Positions 52,851 through 61,995 of a DNA stretch of 64,000 nucleotides are shown here, in pieces. Both the position numbers and the translations under genes were made by a program. Under the pieces are notes generated by a model, which was given only the letters and a program-made list of their open reading frames with translations, did not search any database and was not told the DNA's origin. The stretch's first letter is position 1. Each line of letters starts with the position of its first letter. Origin of the DNA: Microcoleus sp. (GTDB lineage: Bacteria > Cyanobacteriota > Cyanobacteriia > Cyanobacteriales > Microcoleaceae); contig JAYFMW010000003.1 in NCBI GenBank assembly GCA_042408215.1, positions 192,001 through 256,000 on the forward strand, read 5' to 3'.

Positions 52851-53927
52851 CTAAACTTCCGATTCCAATTCGCCTACCCGCACCTGCACCGATAACTCTA
52901 CAGCATCCAACTCAGACGACTCTAATAATCCTGTGGCTTCTCCCTCAGCACTTGCTTTGTCCTGCGATCGCATTTTCTGCAATTTCTCAGTCAAAGTATC
53001 CCGCTGATTAATCAAATAAATACTCACCAAAGTCAGCCCAACCCCCAGAGATTGCAGCGGATTGAGCACTTCGCCCAAAAACAAATTGCCAAACAGTAAG
53101 GCAAAAACTGGGGTAAGAAAGGTAAGAGAACTTAAACTCGTTAGACTGCCACTTGAAGCAAAATAAAAGAATAAACCATAGGCGATCGCACTTCCGAATA
53201 TAGTAGAATAACCTAACGCCATCCAGCCCGAAACATCAATATTTACAAACTGATCGGACTCAGTTGCCGCCGAAATTGCCAACAGCGGCAAACCGCCCAA
53301 AATCATGTGCCAGCCCGTCGCCACCACCGGGTCAACATAACGGCAAACCCAGCGCACAAGTACAGTTCCCACAGCCATCGACAAAGCCGCCAACAGCATC
53401 AACCATTCTCCACCCTGAAATAACTGTTCGATACCCGCCGCAACCTGCACATTTTCAGGATGAAAAAGCCCCAAAATCCAGCCATCCGGCAACCCAATTA
53501 AACTGATACCAGCCAGGCCAATAACTAATCCCAACCAGCCCCAAAAACCGATTTTTTCTTGAAACAGCCACAAACACAAAATTGCCACAGCTAGCGGCTG
53601 AGAGTCAATCATCACCGAACCTAAACCCGCACCGGTTCTGGCCAAACCTTCTGCCAAAAAACCTTGAAACAAAGTACCATCAACTAAAGCAAACAGCGAA
53701 ATCCACAGCCAAGCTTTCCAACCCTGCGGCGATTGTTTTCCCATCAATGCCGCCGCTAGCAGCACCAACACGCCAGCCGGCACCAAACGCACGACAGCCA
53801 CAAACAGCGGAGTTGTGTGCGGCATCACCCCTTTCATCGCTACCATCGCGGTTCCCCACAGGAAAAACGGCGCAATTAGCAACAGCGGCGCGAAAGGCAA
53901 TTTTGAATCGGTAAGCTTTAGCTGCAT
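52851..53927 (-). CDS. DMT/EamA family transporter
   Basis: FLWG, SQPLAVA, LTPVFA..FG..FLGE; ~10 TM. Confidence 0.9.
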   Translation of the reverse strand: MQLKLTDSKLPFAPLLLIAPFFLWGTAMVAMKGVMPHTTPLFVAVVRLVPAGVLVLLAAALMGKQSPQGWKAWLWISLFALVDGTLFQGFLAEGLARTGAGLGSVMIDSQPLAVAILCLWLFQEKIGFWGWLGLVIGLAGISLIGLPDGWILGLFHPENVQVAAGIEQLFQGGEWLMLLAALSMAVGTVLVRWVCRYVDPVVATGWHMILGGLPLLAISAATESDQFVNIDVSGWMALGYSTIFGSAIAYGLFFYFASSGSLTSLSSLTFLTPVFALLFGNLFLGEVLNPLQSLGVGLTLVSIYLINQRDTLTEKLQKMRSQDKASAEGEATGLLESSELDAVELSVQVRVGELESEV

Positions 53928-54108
53928 GGGTCGGGCTCCAGATAATTGATGAGATTGATTCTCGTGGGGATGATGTAGTTTTGTTAAGCAATTTAGACAA
54001 TTATATAGTGGAACAGGCATCTTGCCTGTTGCGAACAATCTGGCACAACATCTACCCCGATGAATAAGGCAAACTAGAAGTTAGCTACACAAGTTCGTAA
54101 AACTGCCC

Positions 54109-54927
54109 ATGATTTGGCCATTCAAGCCCCGCTACCGTAAACAAATCGCTCGCATCGAAATCACCGGCGCTATTGCCGGAGATACCCGCAAACGAGTTCT
54201 AGAAGCCCTCAAAACCGTTGAAGAACGGAAATTTCCCGCCTTGCTGCTGCGGATAGACAGCCCCGGAGGTACTGTTGGCGATTCCCAGGAAATCTACAGC
54301 GCACTCAAGCGTCTGCGCGAAAAAATCAAAATTGTTGCCAGTTTTGGCAATATTTCAGCTTCCGGGGGAGTTTACATCGGTATGGGAGCTGAACATATCG
54401 TTGCTAATCCCGGTACAATTACCGGTAGCATTGGCGTGATTATCCGGGGTAATAATCTAGAACGGCTATTAGAAAAGGTAGGCGTTTCTTTTCAGGTGAT
54501 TAAATCGGGCCCGTACAAAGATATCTTGGCATTCGATCGCGAATTGACCTCACCAGAACAGCAAATTCTGCAAGATTTGATCGACATCAGCTACCAGCAG
54601 TTCGTAGAAACCGTCGCGGTCGCCCGGAAACTGGCAGTTGACAAAGTTAAAAGTTTTGCCGACGGCCGTGTTTTCACGGGCCAGCAAGCCTTAGAATTGG
54701 GTTTGGTCGATCGATTGGGGACTGAAGAGGATGCCCGTCGCTGGACAGCCGAACTCGCTGGCCTCGACCCGGAAAAAACCGAGTCTTGCACTTTGGAAAA
54801 ACCAAAACCTTTCCTAAATCGCGTCTTGGGGAGTAGTCTGGATATATCGGGACTTTCAGCTTACAAAAGTTGGCTGGAATTCGAGCTGTCTGCTAGCGGT
54901 TTGCCGCTGTGGATGTATCGCCCGTGA
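54109..54927 (+). CDS. sppA: Signal peptide peptidase SppA (short form)
   Basis: RIDSPGG, SASGGVY, TGSIGV, KSGPYKD, ADGRVFTG. Confidence 0.93.
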   Translation: MIWPFKPRYRKQIARIEITGAIAGDTRKRVLEALKTVEERKFPALLLRIDSPGGTVGDSQEIYSALKRLREKIKIVASFGNISASGGVYIGMGAEHIVANPGTITGSIGVIIRGNNLERLLEKVGVSFQVIKSGPYKDILAFDRELTSPEQQILQDLIDISYQQFVETVAVARKLAVDKVKSFADGRVFTGQQALELGLVDRLGTEEDARRWTAELAGLDPEKTESCTLEKPKPFLNRVLGSSLDISGLSAYKSWLEFELSASGLPLWMYRP

Positions 54928-54936
54928 TTAAATAAA

Positions 54937-55132
54937 TTAGTTATTAGTCCGCAGTCATTAGTCAGCAGTCATTAGTCATTAGTCAGCAGTCAGCAGTCAT
55001 TAGCTAACAAGTCAAGATTGCTGAGCGCAAATACCTAACAGCTAACCAATGACTAATGACTCATGACTAATCACTAATGACTCATGACTCATGACTAATC
55101 ACTAATGACTAATGACTAATGACTAATGACTG
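54937..55132. repeat. Heptamer STRR tract (AGTCATT / TGACTAA inverted blocks)
   Basis: Tandem 7-mers in two orientations. Confidence 0.88.
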
Positions 55133-55158
55133 ATTACAAAAAAATGGAGAATATTTGC

Positions 55159-55551
55159 GTGGATTGGCAAGTGCGGGGGATTCGTGGGGCCACTACTGCT
55201 AGCGATAATTCGGTGGCCGCAATTCGAGAAGCGGTGAGAGAACTATTAGATGAATTAGAAGCCAGAAATGATTTAGATCCAGAATTAATTATTAGTGCTA
55301 CGTTTTCTGCTACTCGCGATTTAGATGCTGTCTTTCCGGCCGCGATCGCCCGGGAACGCCCCCACTGGTCTAATGTTCCTTTATTGGACGTGCAGCAAAT
55401 GTACGTCAAGGGTTCTTTGGAACGCTGCATCCGGTTTTTAATTCACGTTAACTGGCCCGCACATACTGAAATTTATCATCCTTATTTGCGGGGAGCTAAA
55501 AATTTGCGGCCGGATTGGAATTTAGCGGTTGCGGTTGCTGGGGAAAAATAA
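55159..55551 (+). CDS. aroH: Chorismate mutase, AroH type
   Basis: VRGIRGATT, DLDAVFPA, RCIRFLIH, YLRGAKNLRPD; GTG start after GGAG. Confidence 0.93.
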   Translation: MDWQVRGIRGATTASDNSVAAIREAVRELLDELEARNDLDPELIISATFSATRDLDAVFPAAIARERPHWSNVPLLDVQQMYVKGSLERCIRFLIHVNWPAHTEIYHPYLRGAKNLRPDWNLAVAVAGEK

Positions 55552-55709
55552 TAGATTCACTTTTGGCTTGATTTAAAAGTTAACTCACCATTACAGGTGG
55601 GTTTATTTTTTACGGGACTTGACACAGTAAAAAACCAGCCCTGCGTATCTCTGGTTAAAAGCTTTTATTTGATCGAAAAAACCGGCTTCTTAAAGAAACC
55701 GGGTTTTGG

Positions 55710-56600
55710 TCAATCAGACGTTTTATTGTGATGCAACCGAATCCCTAAAAAGATGTCATATATAAAACTCCAAAAGTCCTTTTTTCCTTCCAATATTCCC
55801 AAACTTTGAGGAGAACCTTTCTCATCCAATAGCGGCTTGACAGCTTCGTAGGCTGGCTTGTAGTTGTACCAAGGAATCGAAGGCCACAAGTGATGAATCA
55901 GGTGATAATTCTGCCCCAAAATCAAGATATTTAGAATTGGACTAGGATATACTCTGGCATTTTTCCAGCGATCGCGCTCGTGAAATGGACGGTGCGGCAA
56001 ATAATCAAAAAATAACCCCAAGGCTAACCCCACCACCAAAGCAGGAGAAAACCAAAAGTTCAGCACATAACCTAGTTGGTCGTATTGAATGGAGATATAC
56101 ACTACTGCTACGACAAATAAGCGGCTGAAAAACCATTCCCAAAGTTCGTATTTTCGCCACAGTTTGCGCTTAAAGAAGAAAATCTCGTGGTAAAAAAACC
56201 TCGCAGCAATCAACCACAGAGGCCCGCCAGTCGAAACATAATGGTCTGGATCGTTTTCTGGATCGTTAACGTGAGCGTGATGCTGCATATGTACCCGTGT
56301 AAACACCGGAAAAGCAAAACCCAACATCAGCGCGCTACCGTGTCCCAAGATAGCGTTAATTGTGCGATCGCGATGGGCTGCATTATGAGACGCATCGTGA
56401 ATCACCGTTCCGGCCATGTGCAAAGCCAACACGTTCAGCGAAAAACAGCACCACTGTGGCCATTCCCAACACCAGAAACCCAAGTATGAAATCACGATAA
56501 TCGCTACTGCACTCAAAAACAGCAGCAGCGTCGGATTGAAGTCACCGGGAGGACTCAGAAACTCTTTCGGCACTGTCAGTGGCCGTCCTGCCTCCGACAT
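55710..56600 (-). CDS. crtR: Beta-carotene hydroxylase
   Basis: His boxes HDASH, HMQHH, HLIHH; DPDHYVSTGGPLW; FFDYLPHRPF. Confidence 0.9.
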   Translation of the reverse strand: MSEAGRPLTVPKEFLSPPGDFNPTLLLFLSAVAIIVISYLGFWCWEWPQWCCFSLNVLALHMAGTVIHDASHNAAHRDRTINAILGHGSALMLGFAFPVFTRVHMQHHAHVNDPENDPDHYVSTGGPLWLIAARFFYHEIFFFKRKLWRKYELWEWFFSRLFVVAVVYISIQYDQLGYVLNFWFSPALVVGLALGLFFDYLPHRPFHERDRWKNARVYPSPILNILILGQNYHLIHHLWPSIPWYNYKPAYEAVKPLLDEKGSPQSLGILEGKKDFWSFIYDIFLGIRLHHNKTSD

Positions 56601-57043
56601 CTTTGTTAACACTCCTTAATATTTCACACTTGCGTAGTATAAGATACAAGGCTCCCAATAGTAAAGTTTTGTGAAATAACTGGATCTAATCTCGATCGCC
56701 CGTCGTCTGCACAAAAATGAGAGTATTGTTGCTTTTCCAGGATCAGGTATAGCAACCAGAGCGGAGGTCAGGACGTTTTTAATCGCTGAAACCATTGCTA
56801 TGGTTGCATTTTCACATCGAATTCTGCCTTCAGCCTTCTTGCTTCTGCTATACATTCGCACAACGCTCTTGGGAAACAAACCCAAATAAATCGGTACATC
56901 TGTATATTTGTCAAGCCCTAGGGCAAAAGTTATTTTTCAGAACAGCCGATCGCCAAGAAAAAATTATCGATCGGTAAAAAGTCAGATATTCTAGAGAATG
57001 GTCAATGCCCGCTGTTTTGACGAACCAGAAATTTTTAACTTAC

Positions 57044-58437
57044 ACCGCCGGGAAGTCCCCCGCTCTACCTGTACCCAGGTGAGCGGTAGGATGAGAGGCC
57101 CGTCAACGTAGGAGGGCGAGTTGACCAAATCTTTCAGATTGTCTTTACTGTTTTCGGTAGTATGTAGTAAGATGTTGAGACAATGAGGTGATATTGAGTG
57201 CTCCATAAAGCTGTACAAGTCCGTCTGTATCCAACTGCATGGCAAGAAGCACTACTAACCCAAACATTTGGATGTTCGCGCTGGTGGTGGAATTATGCCT
57301 TAAATAAATCCATTGAGGTTTATAAAGATACGGGGAAAGGACTGGGACAGGTAGCACTCAACGCGCTATTGCCCAAGCTCAAAAAAGCCGAAGATACGCT
57401 GTGGCTGGCTAATTGTTACAGTCAGGTTTTACAAGCTACAACACTTAATTTAACCACGGCTTACAAAAACTTTTTTGCTCGACGTGCAGGCTTCCCTAAG
57501 TTTAAATCTAAACATGGCAAACAGTCAATTCAATACCCTCAAAATGTCAAGATTGTAGAGGGCAGTGTAAGGCTTCCCGGTAAGCTCGGGATAGTTAAAG
57601 CCAAAATACATCGACCAATTGAGGGAAAAGTCAAGACTGTCACCGTCAGTAAAATGCCGTCCGGGAAATATTTGGCATCTATCTTGACCGAAATTGAAGG
57701 GGAAAACCCTACTGTTTCAGAAGGTAAAATCTCTGGTATTGACTTAGGAATCAAACACTTTGCAGTTGTTACTGATGGCACAAAGGTTTCTAAATATGAC
57801 AATCCTAAGCACCAGGCGAAGCATGAAAAGAATCTAAAGCGCAAACAGAAAAAGTTAGCCCACAAGCAGAAAGGAAGTAAGTCAAGACAAAAGTATAGAA
57901 AAATTGTGGCCAAAGTGTACGAACGAGTTAGTAATTCACGGCAAGATTTTCTACATAAACTTAGTCATAAGTTGGTCAGCGATAGCCAAGCGGTCATAGT
58001 AGAAAATCTTTATGTCAAAGGCATGGTTCGTAATCACAATTTGGCTTCATCAATTTCTGATTGTGGATGGGGAACATTCACTAATTTCTTAGCTTACAAA
58101 CTAGAACGAAAAGGCGCGAAGTTAGTCGAGATAGATAGATGGTTCCCTAGTTCTAAACTCTGTTCTAATTGTTTTCATCATATCCGTGAAATGCCGTTGG
58201 ATGTTCGTGAATGGACTTGTCCCCATTGTGGCACTCGTCACGACAGAGATGGAAACGCAGCTATCAATATTAGAGCAGAGGGTATCAGAATGCTAAAGAC
58301 GGATGGTTCAGCCGTTTCTGCTGTAGGAGGGGAGGTAAGACCTTCATGGGGACGCAAGTCTGTCTTGAGGCACTCGCCTGTGAGTACAGAAGCTCCCGCT
58401 ATACCTGGAGTACCAGGTATAGCGGTGAGTAGTTCAC
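57044..58437 (+). mobile_element. tnpB-only IS200/IS605-family (IS1341-like) element
   Basis: Left end after TTAC (57040-43) with subterminal hairpin; right-end 13 bp stem 58396-58425, ending GTAGTTCAC; no tnpA. Confidence 0.8.
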
Positions 58438-58493
58438 GACGTGCATCATTGCTTGTACTGAATAGCAAAAAGTTAGCCGAAATTAAACAATAA
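57198..58493 (+). CDS. tnpB: RNA-guided endonuclease TnpB
   Basis: HTH start VRLYPT; RuvC GIDLG, IVENL, DRDGNAA; Zn finger CSNC / CPHC. Confidence 0.95.
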   Translation: MLHKAVQVRLYPTAWQEALLTQTFGCSRWWWNYALNKSIEVYKDTGKGLGQVALNALLPKLKKAEDTLWLANCYSQVLQATTLNLTTAYKNFFARRAGFPKFKSKHGKQSIQYPQNVKIVEGSVRLPGKLGIVKAKIHRPIEGKVKTVTVSKMPSGKYLASILTEIEGENPTVSEGKISGIDLGIKHFAVVTDGTKVSKYDNPKHQAKHEKNLKRKQKKLAHKQKGSKSRQKYRKIVAKVYERVSNSRQDFLHKLSHKLVSDSQAVIVENLYVKGMVRNHNLASSISDCGWGTFTNFLAYKLERKGAKLVEIDRWFPSSKLCSNCFHHIREMPLDVREWTCPHCGTRHDRDGNAAINIRAEGIRMLKTDGSAVSAVGGEVRPSWGRKSVLRHSPVSTEAPAIPGVPGIAVSSSRRASLLVLNSKKLAEIKQ

Positions 58494-58519
58494 ATCCTTT
58501 AGCTACCCCATCTCAATTC

Positions 58520-60310
58520 ATGCAACTCCCAAAAGCCCTACGCCGGACTAAAATCGTCGCCACCATTGGCCCAGCCACCTCTGATCCACAAGTGCTGCGC
58601 CAGCTCATAGAAGCCGGTGCGACAACTTTGCGACTCAACTTTTCCCACGGAACAGAAGAAGACCACCAACGCAGCATTCGCTTAATCCGGCAAACATCCT
58701 TTGAACTCAACCAGCCGGTCGCCATCCTCCAAGACCTCCAAGGCCCGAAAATTCGTTTAGGCCGCTTTGAAACAGGGTCGATTGTTGTCAAAAATGGCGA
58801 TCCTTTCATTTTGACCAGCCGCCCGGTTCCGGGCACCGAGCTAATTTCCTCAGTCACCTACGAACCTCTAGCAGACGAAGTTCCCGAGGGAGCCGTGATT
58901 CTGCTTGACGACGGGAAAGTGGAAATGCGCGTGGAAAAAGTAGACCGCAATTCGCGGGAATTGTACTGTCGCGTCGTCGTCGGCGGGCCACTTTCCAACA
59001 ACAAAGGCGTGAATTTTCCCGGAGTTTACCTGTCAATTAAAGCGCTGACAGATAAAGACCGCAAAGATTTAATGTTCGGCCTCGACCAAGGTGTCGATTG
59101 GGTAGCGCTGAGCTTCGTGCGGAATCCCCAGGATATGCTCGAAATTAAAGAGCTGATAGCCAGTGCGGGTAAGCAAGTACCTGTTATTGCAAAGATCGAA
59201 AAGCACGAGGCGATCGAACAAATGGAGGCAATCCTGGCCCTGTGTAACGGGGTGATGGTCGCTCGTGGCGACTTGGGAGTGGAACTGCCGGCCGAAGATG
59301 TGCCGATTTTGCAAAAGCGGCTGATTGCTACTTCTAACCGCATGGGCATTCCGGTGATTACCGCTACCCAGATGCTCGACAGCATGGTTCACAATCCTCG
59401 TCCCACCCGCGCGGAAATTTCCGACGTGGCTAACGCGATTCTCGACGGAACTGATGCGGTGATGCTCTCGAACGAAACAGCCGTGGGCGACTTCCCCGTA
59501 GAAGCGGTGGCGACGATGGCGAGAATTGCGGTGCGGATGGAGAGGGAAGGAATTAGGCGCAATATTCGGAATGTAGAAGATATTGGTCGATCGATCCCCA
59601 ACGGTATCAGTCAAGCAGTCAGCCAAATTTCCGAACAGTTGAACGCAGCGGCAATTATGACGCTGACGAAAACCGGCGCTACAGCCCGAAATGTCTCCAA
59701 GTTCCGGCCGACAACTCCGATTTTGGCAGTTACTCCCCACGTAGACGTGGCGAGACAACTGCAACTGGTATGGGGAGTAAAGCCCCTGTTGGTGCTGGAT
59801 TTGCCCTCCACCGGCCAGACGTTTCAGTCGGCAATTAGTGTGGCCCAGGAGAAACATTTAGTCTCCGACGGGGATTTGGTGGTGATGACCGCCGGTACTC
59901 TGCAAGGGGTGGCAGGCTCAACGGATTTGATTAAGGTTGAGATGGTGACAGCGGTTTTGGGTAAGGGAACCGGTGTTGGTTTGGGCTCGGTGAGCGGCCT
60001 GGCCAGGGTGGCTCACACTGCTGCGGATGTGATGAATTTCCACTCTGGAGATATTTTGGTAGTCAATCACACTAGCGCTGATTTTGTGGACATGATTCGC
60101 AGAGCAGCGGGGGTGGTGACGGAGGAGGATAGTTTGACTTCTCACGCCGCGATTATTGGTTTGCGTTTGGGCGTACCGGTGATGGTGGGTGTGGAGAAGG
60201 CCACGCGGGTAATTCGGGACGGAACTATGCTGACCCTTGATATGCAGCGGGGTTTGGTTTATTCCGGGGCCAGAGGGGGCGATCGAACTGACGCCGAACT
60301 GGCCGTTTGA
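58520..60310 (+). CDS. pyk: Pyruvate kinase with C-terminal PEP-utiliser swivel domain
   Basis: TKIVATIGP, RLNFSHG, IAKIEK, MVARGDLGVE, TSHAAIIG. Confidence 0.97.
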   Translation: MQLPKALRRTKIVATIGPATSDPQVLRQLIEAGATTLRLNFSHGTEEDHQRSIRLIRQTSFELNQPVAILQDLQGPKIRLGRFETGSIVVKNGDPFILTSRPVPGTELISSVTYEPLADEVPEGAVILLDDGKVEMRVEKVDRNSRELYCRVVVGGPLSNNKGVNFPGVYLSIKALTDKDRKDLMFGLDQGVDWVALSFVRNPQDMLEIKELIASAGKQVPVIAKIEKHEAIEQMEAILALCNGVMVARGDLGVELPAEDVPILQKRLIATSNRMGIPVITATQMLDSMVHNPRPTRAEISDVANAILDGTDAVMLSNETAVGDFPVEAVATMARIAVRMEREGIRRNIRNVEDIGRSIPNGISQAVSQISEQLNAAAIMTLTKTGATARNVSKFRPTTPILAVTPHVDVARQLQLVWGVKPLLVLDLPSTGQTFQSAISVAQEKHLVSDGDLVVMTAGTLQGVAGSTDLIKVEMVTAVLGKGTGVGLGSVSGLARVAHTAADVMNFHSGDILVVNHTSADFVDMIRRAAGVVTEEDSLTSHAAIIGLRLGVPVMVGVEKATRVIRDGTMLTLDMQRGLVYSGARGGDRTDAELAV

Positions 60311-60400
60311 TCAAAGTTCTGAGTTGTGAGTTGTGGAGTTTGAATTCTACAACTCATTGCTTTTTTTCCGGCGGTTGTGCTATACTTACTAATTGTCAGT

Positions 60401-60472
60401 GCCGATGTAGCTCAGGGGTAGAGTATTCGATTCGTAATCGAACGGTCGTGGGTTCAAATCCCACCATCGGCT
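60401..60472 (+). tRNA. trnT: tRNA-Thr (anticodon CGT)
   Basis: GCCGATG/CATCGGC acceptor stem, TTCGA-TTCGTAA-TCGAA anticodon arm, GGTTCAAATCC T-arm; TATACT -10 box at 60381. Confidence 0.93.
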
Positions 60473-60545
60473 TTCATAAAATTACCTGTTTTAAATGGTT
60501 TTACAGCTTATGAATGCTGTAGAACGTTTTGAGAATAATAAAGCT

Positions 60546-60795
60546 ATGCCTTACAGTAAATTCACTCTCAGCAAAGCTGTAGAAGATTTCCATCTCACAA
60601 TCATTGAAGGCTCGCGTTTTTTACCAGAAATTCCCCCAGTCACTCCTAGTCTTTTACGGAGCGGTGACTAGCGGTACTGTTTGGCGGTTTCTGAAACTAG
60701 AAGAGCAATGGGTGTCCATTGACTTTACAGATTATCCGCTCCCTCCAGTTGAGCAAATTTTGGGCTTTCTGATTTGGATGATGCAGGAAAGATGA
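60546..60795 (+). pseudogene. Internally deleted paralogue of the 50315-50929 gene
   Basis: MPYSKFTLSK... N-terminus joined out of frame to FYGAVTSGTVWRFLKLE C-terminus. Confidence 0.75.
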
Positions 60796-60802
60796 GCTGC
60801 TA

Positions 60803-61877
60803 TTAATTCGGTGGGCGAGTCAGACGAGTAGTTAGTGGGCTGAGGATTTGATTGAGGGCGCGCAGTTGTTCTGCGGTGCCCAAGCAAATCAACATATCTC
60901 CTCCTTCGATCGCAGTTTCTCCCGTGGGCCCGACAATCAAATTGCCGTCAGGGCGGCGAATTGCCAAAACTAAAGCCCCCGATTGCGATCGCAACTTCGC
61001 ATCTCTCAAAGTTTCTCCGACGTAGACACAACTGTCTGGATTGACCAGAAATTCTTCCATATAAAAAGAATTCTCGGTTCCCGTGAGAATCCCGTCCAAA
61101 AAATCCATAACTTGAGGGCGCAAAGCCGCCGCCGCCATGCGCTTTCCCCCGGTAATGTAGGGGGATACGACAGCATCGGCACCGCCCCGCTGCAACTTCT
61201 TTACGGCTTCTTCTGTTGTCGCCCGCGCGATCGCCCGCACGTTCGGATTCAGAGTTTTTGCAGATAAGACTGTGTAGAGATTTTCTGCATCTGATGGGAG
61301 TGCCGCCACTATACAAATTGCTTTTTCAATTCCCACATTCAGCAAAGTTTCATCCAAAGTAGCGTCGCCTTGAATGGCTGTATAACCGAATTGCAAAGCT
61401 GCTTGGATGGATTCGAGGTTGAAGTCTATAATCACAAAAGGAATATTTTCTGCCTGAAATTCTAAGGCAATTTGGCGACCGGTGCGCCCAAAACCGCAAA
61501 GGATATAATGCCCGACTAATGAATCTACCAAGCGCCGCTGTTGCCCTCACTCTTGCTCCTTCTTGAAAATATCCTTGAATGACGGCTTCTGTAAAGCGGT
61601 TGACGATATAACCAATGGTGATGACGCCCATCAAAATTAGGCAGATCGTAAATATTCGCCCGCGTTTTCCGAGGGGATGAATTTCACCATAACCGACAGT
61701 TGCTAGGGTAAATACTGTCATGTAAACCGCATCGAGTAAGGGCCATTTTTCTACTAGCCAATACCAAAGAGTACCGGTACACAAGACGCCACCGAGGGCG
61801 ACCATTCCGCCCATTAACTCTTTTTGCAGGCGCTGGTACTTTTGTTCGAGAGTAGAATACACCGATTTGGCTGACAT
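60803..61877 (-). pseudogene. K+ channel (2TM pore + RCK/TrkA-N + TrkA-C) split by a +1 frameshift
   Basis: TVGYGE filter in ORF 61350-61877; CGFGRTG RCK domain in ORF 60803-61531; extra base in the CCC run at 61544-61546. Confidence 0.8.
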
Positions 61878-61995
61878 ACGCTCTATTAGTCGCTACCAAA
61901 TTTAACCATATTTTGCCAACAAATTTGTAAAAGCTTGATGAGTGTCGCGTGGGTTAATTTGGGGTGATTGGCGATTCCCTACGGGATAGCTGCGC

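Noticed and set aside
56658..56675. HLR1 site upstream of crtR (TTCACAAA-AC-TTTACTAT)
   Set aside because: One mismatch in each half within AT-rich DNA; plausible but not supportable
59069..59857. 262 aa antisense ORF (and similar shadow ORFs opposite proS, htpG, the RND gene, clpB, treS)
   Set aside because: Fully antisense to conserved genes with no recognisable motifs; a codon-bias artefact
60401..60472. Prophage or island integrated at tRNA-Thr
   Set aside because: No integrase, and no duplicated tRNA 3' end noticed in the window
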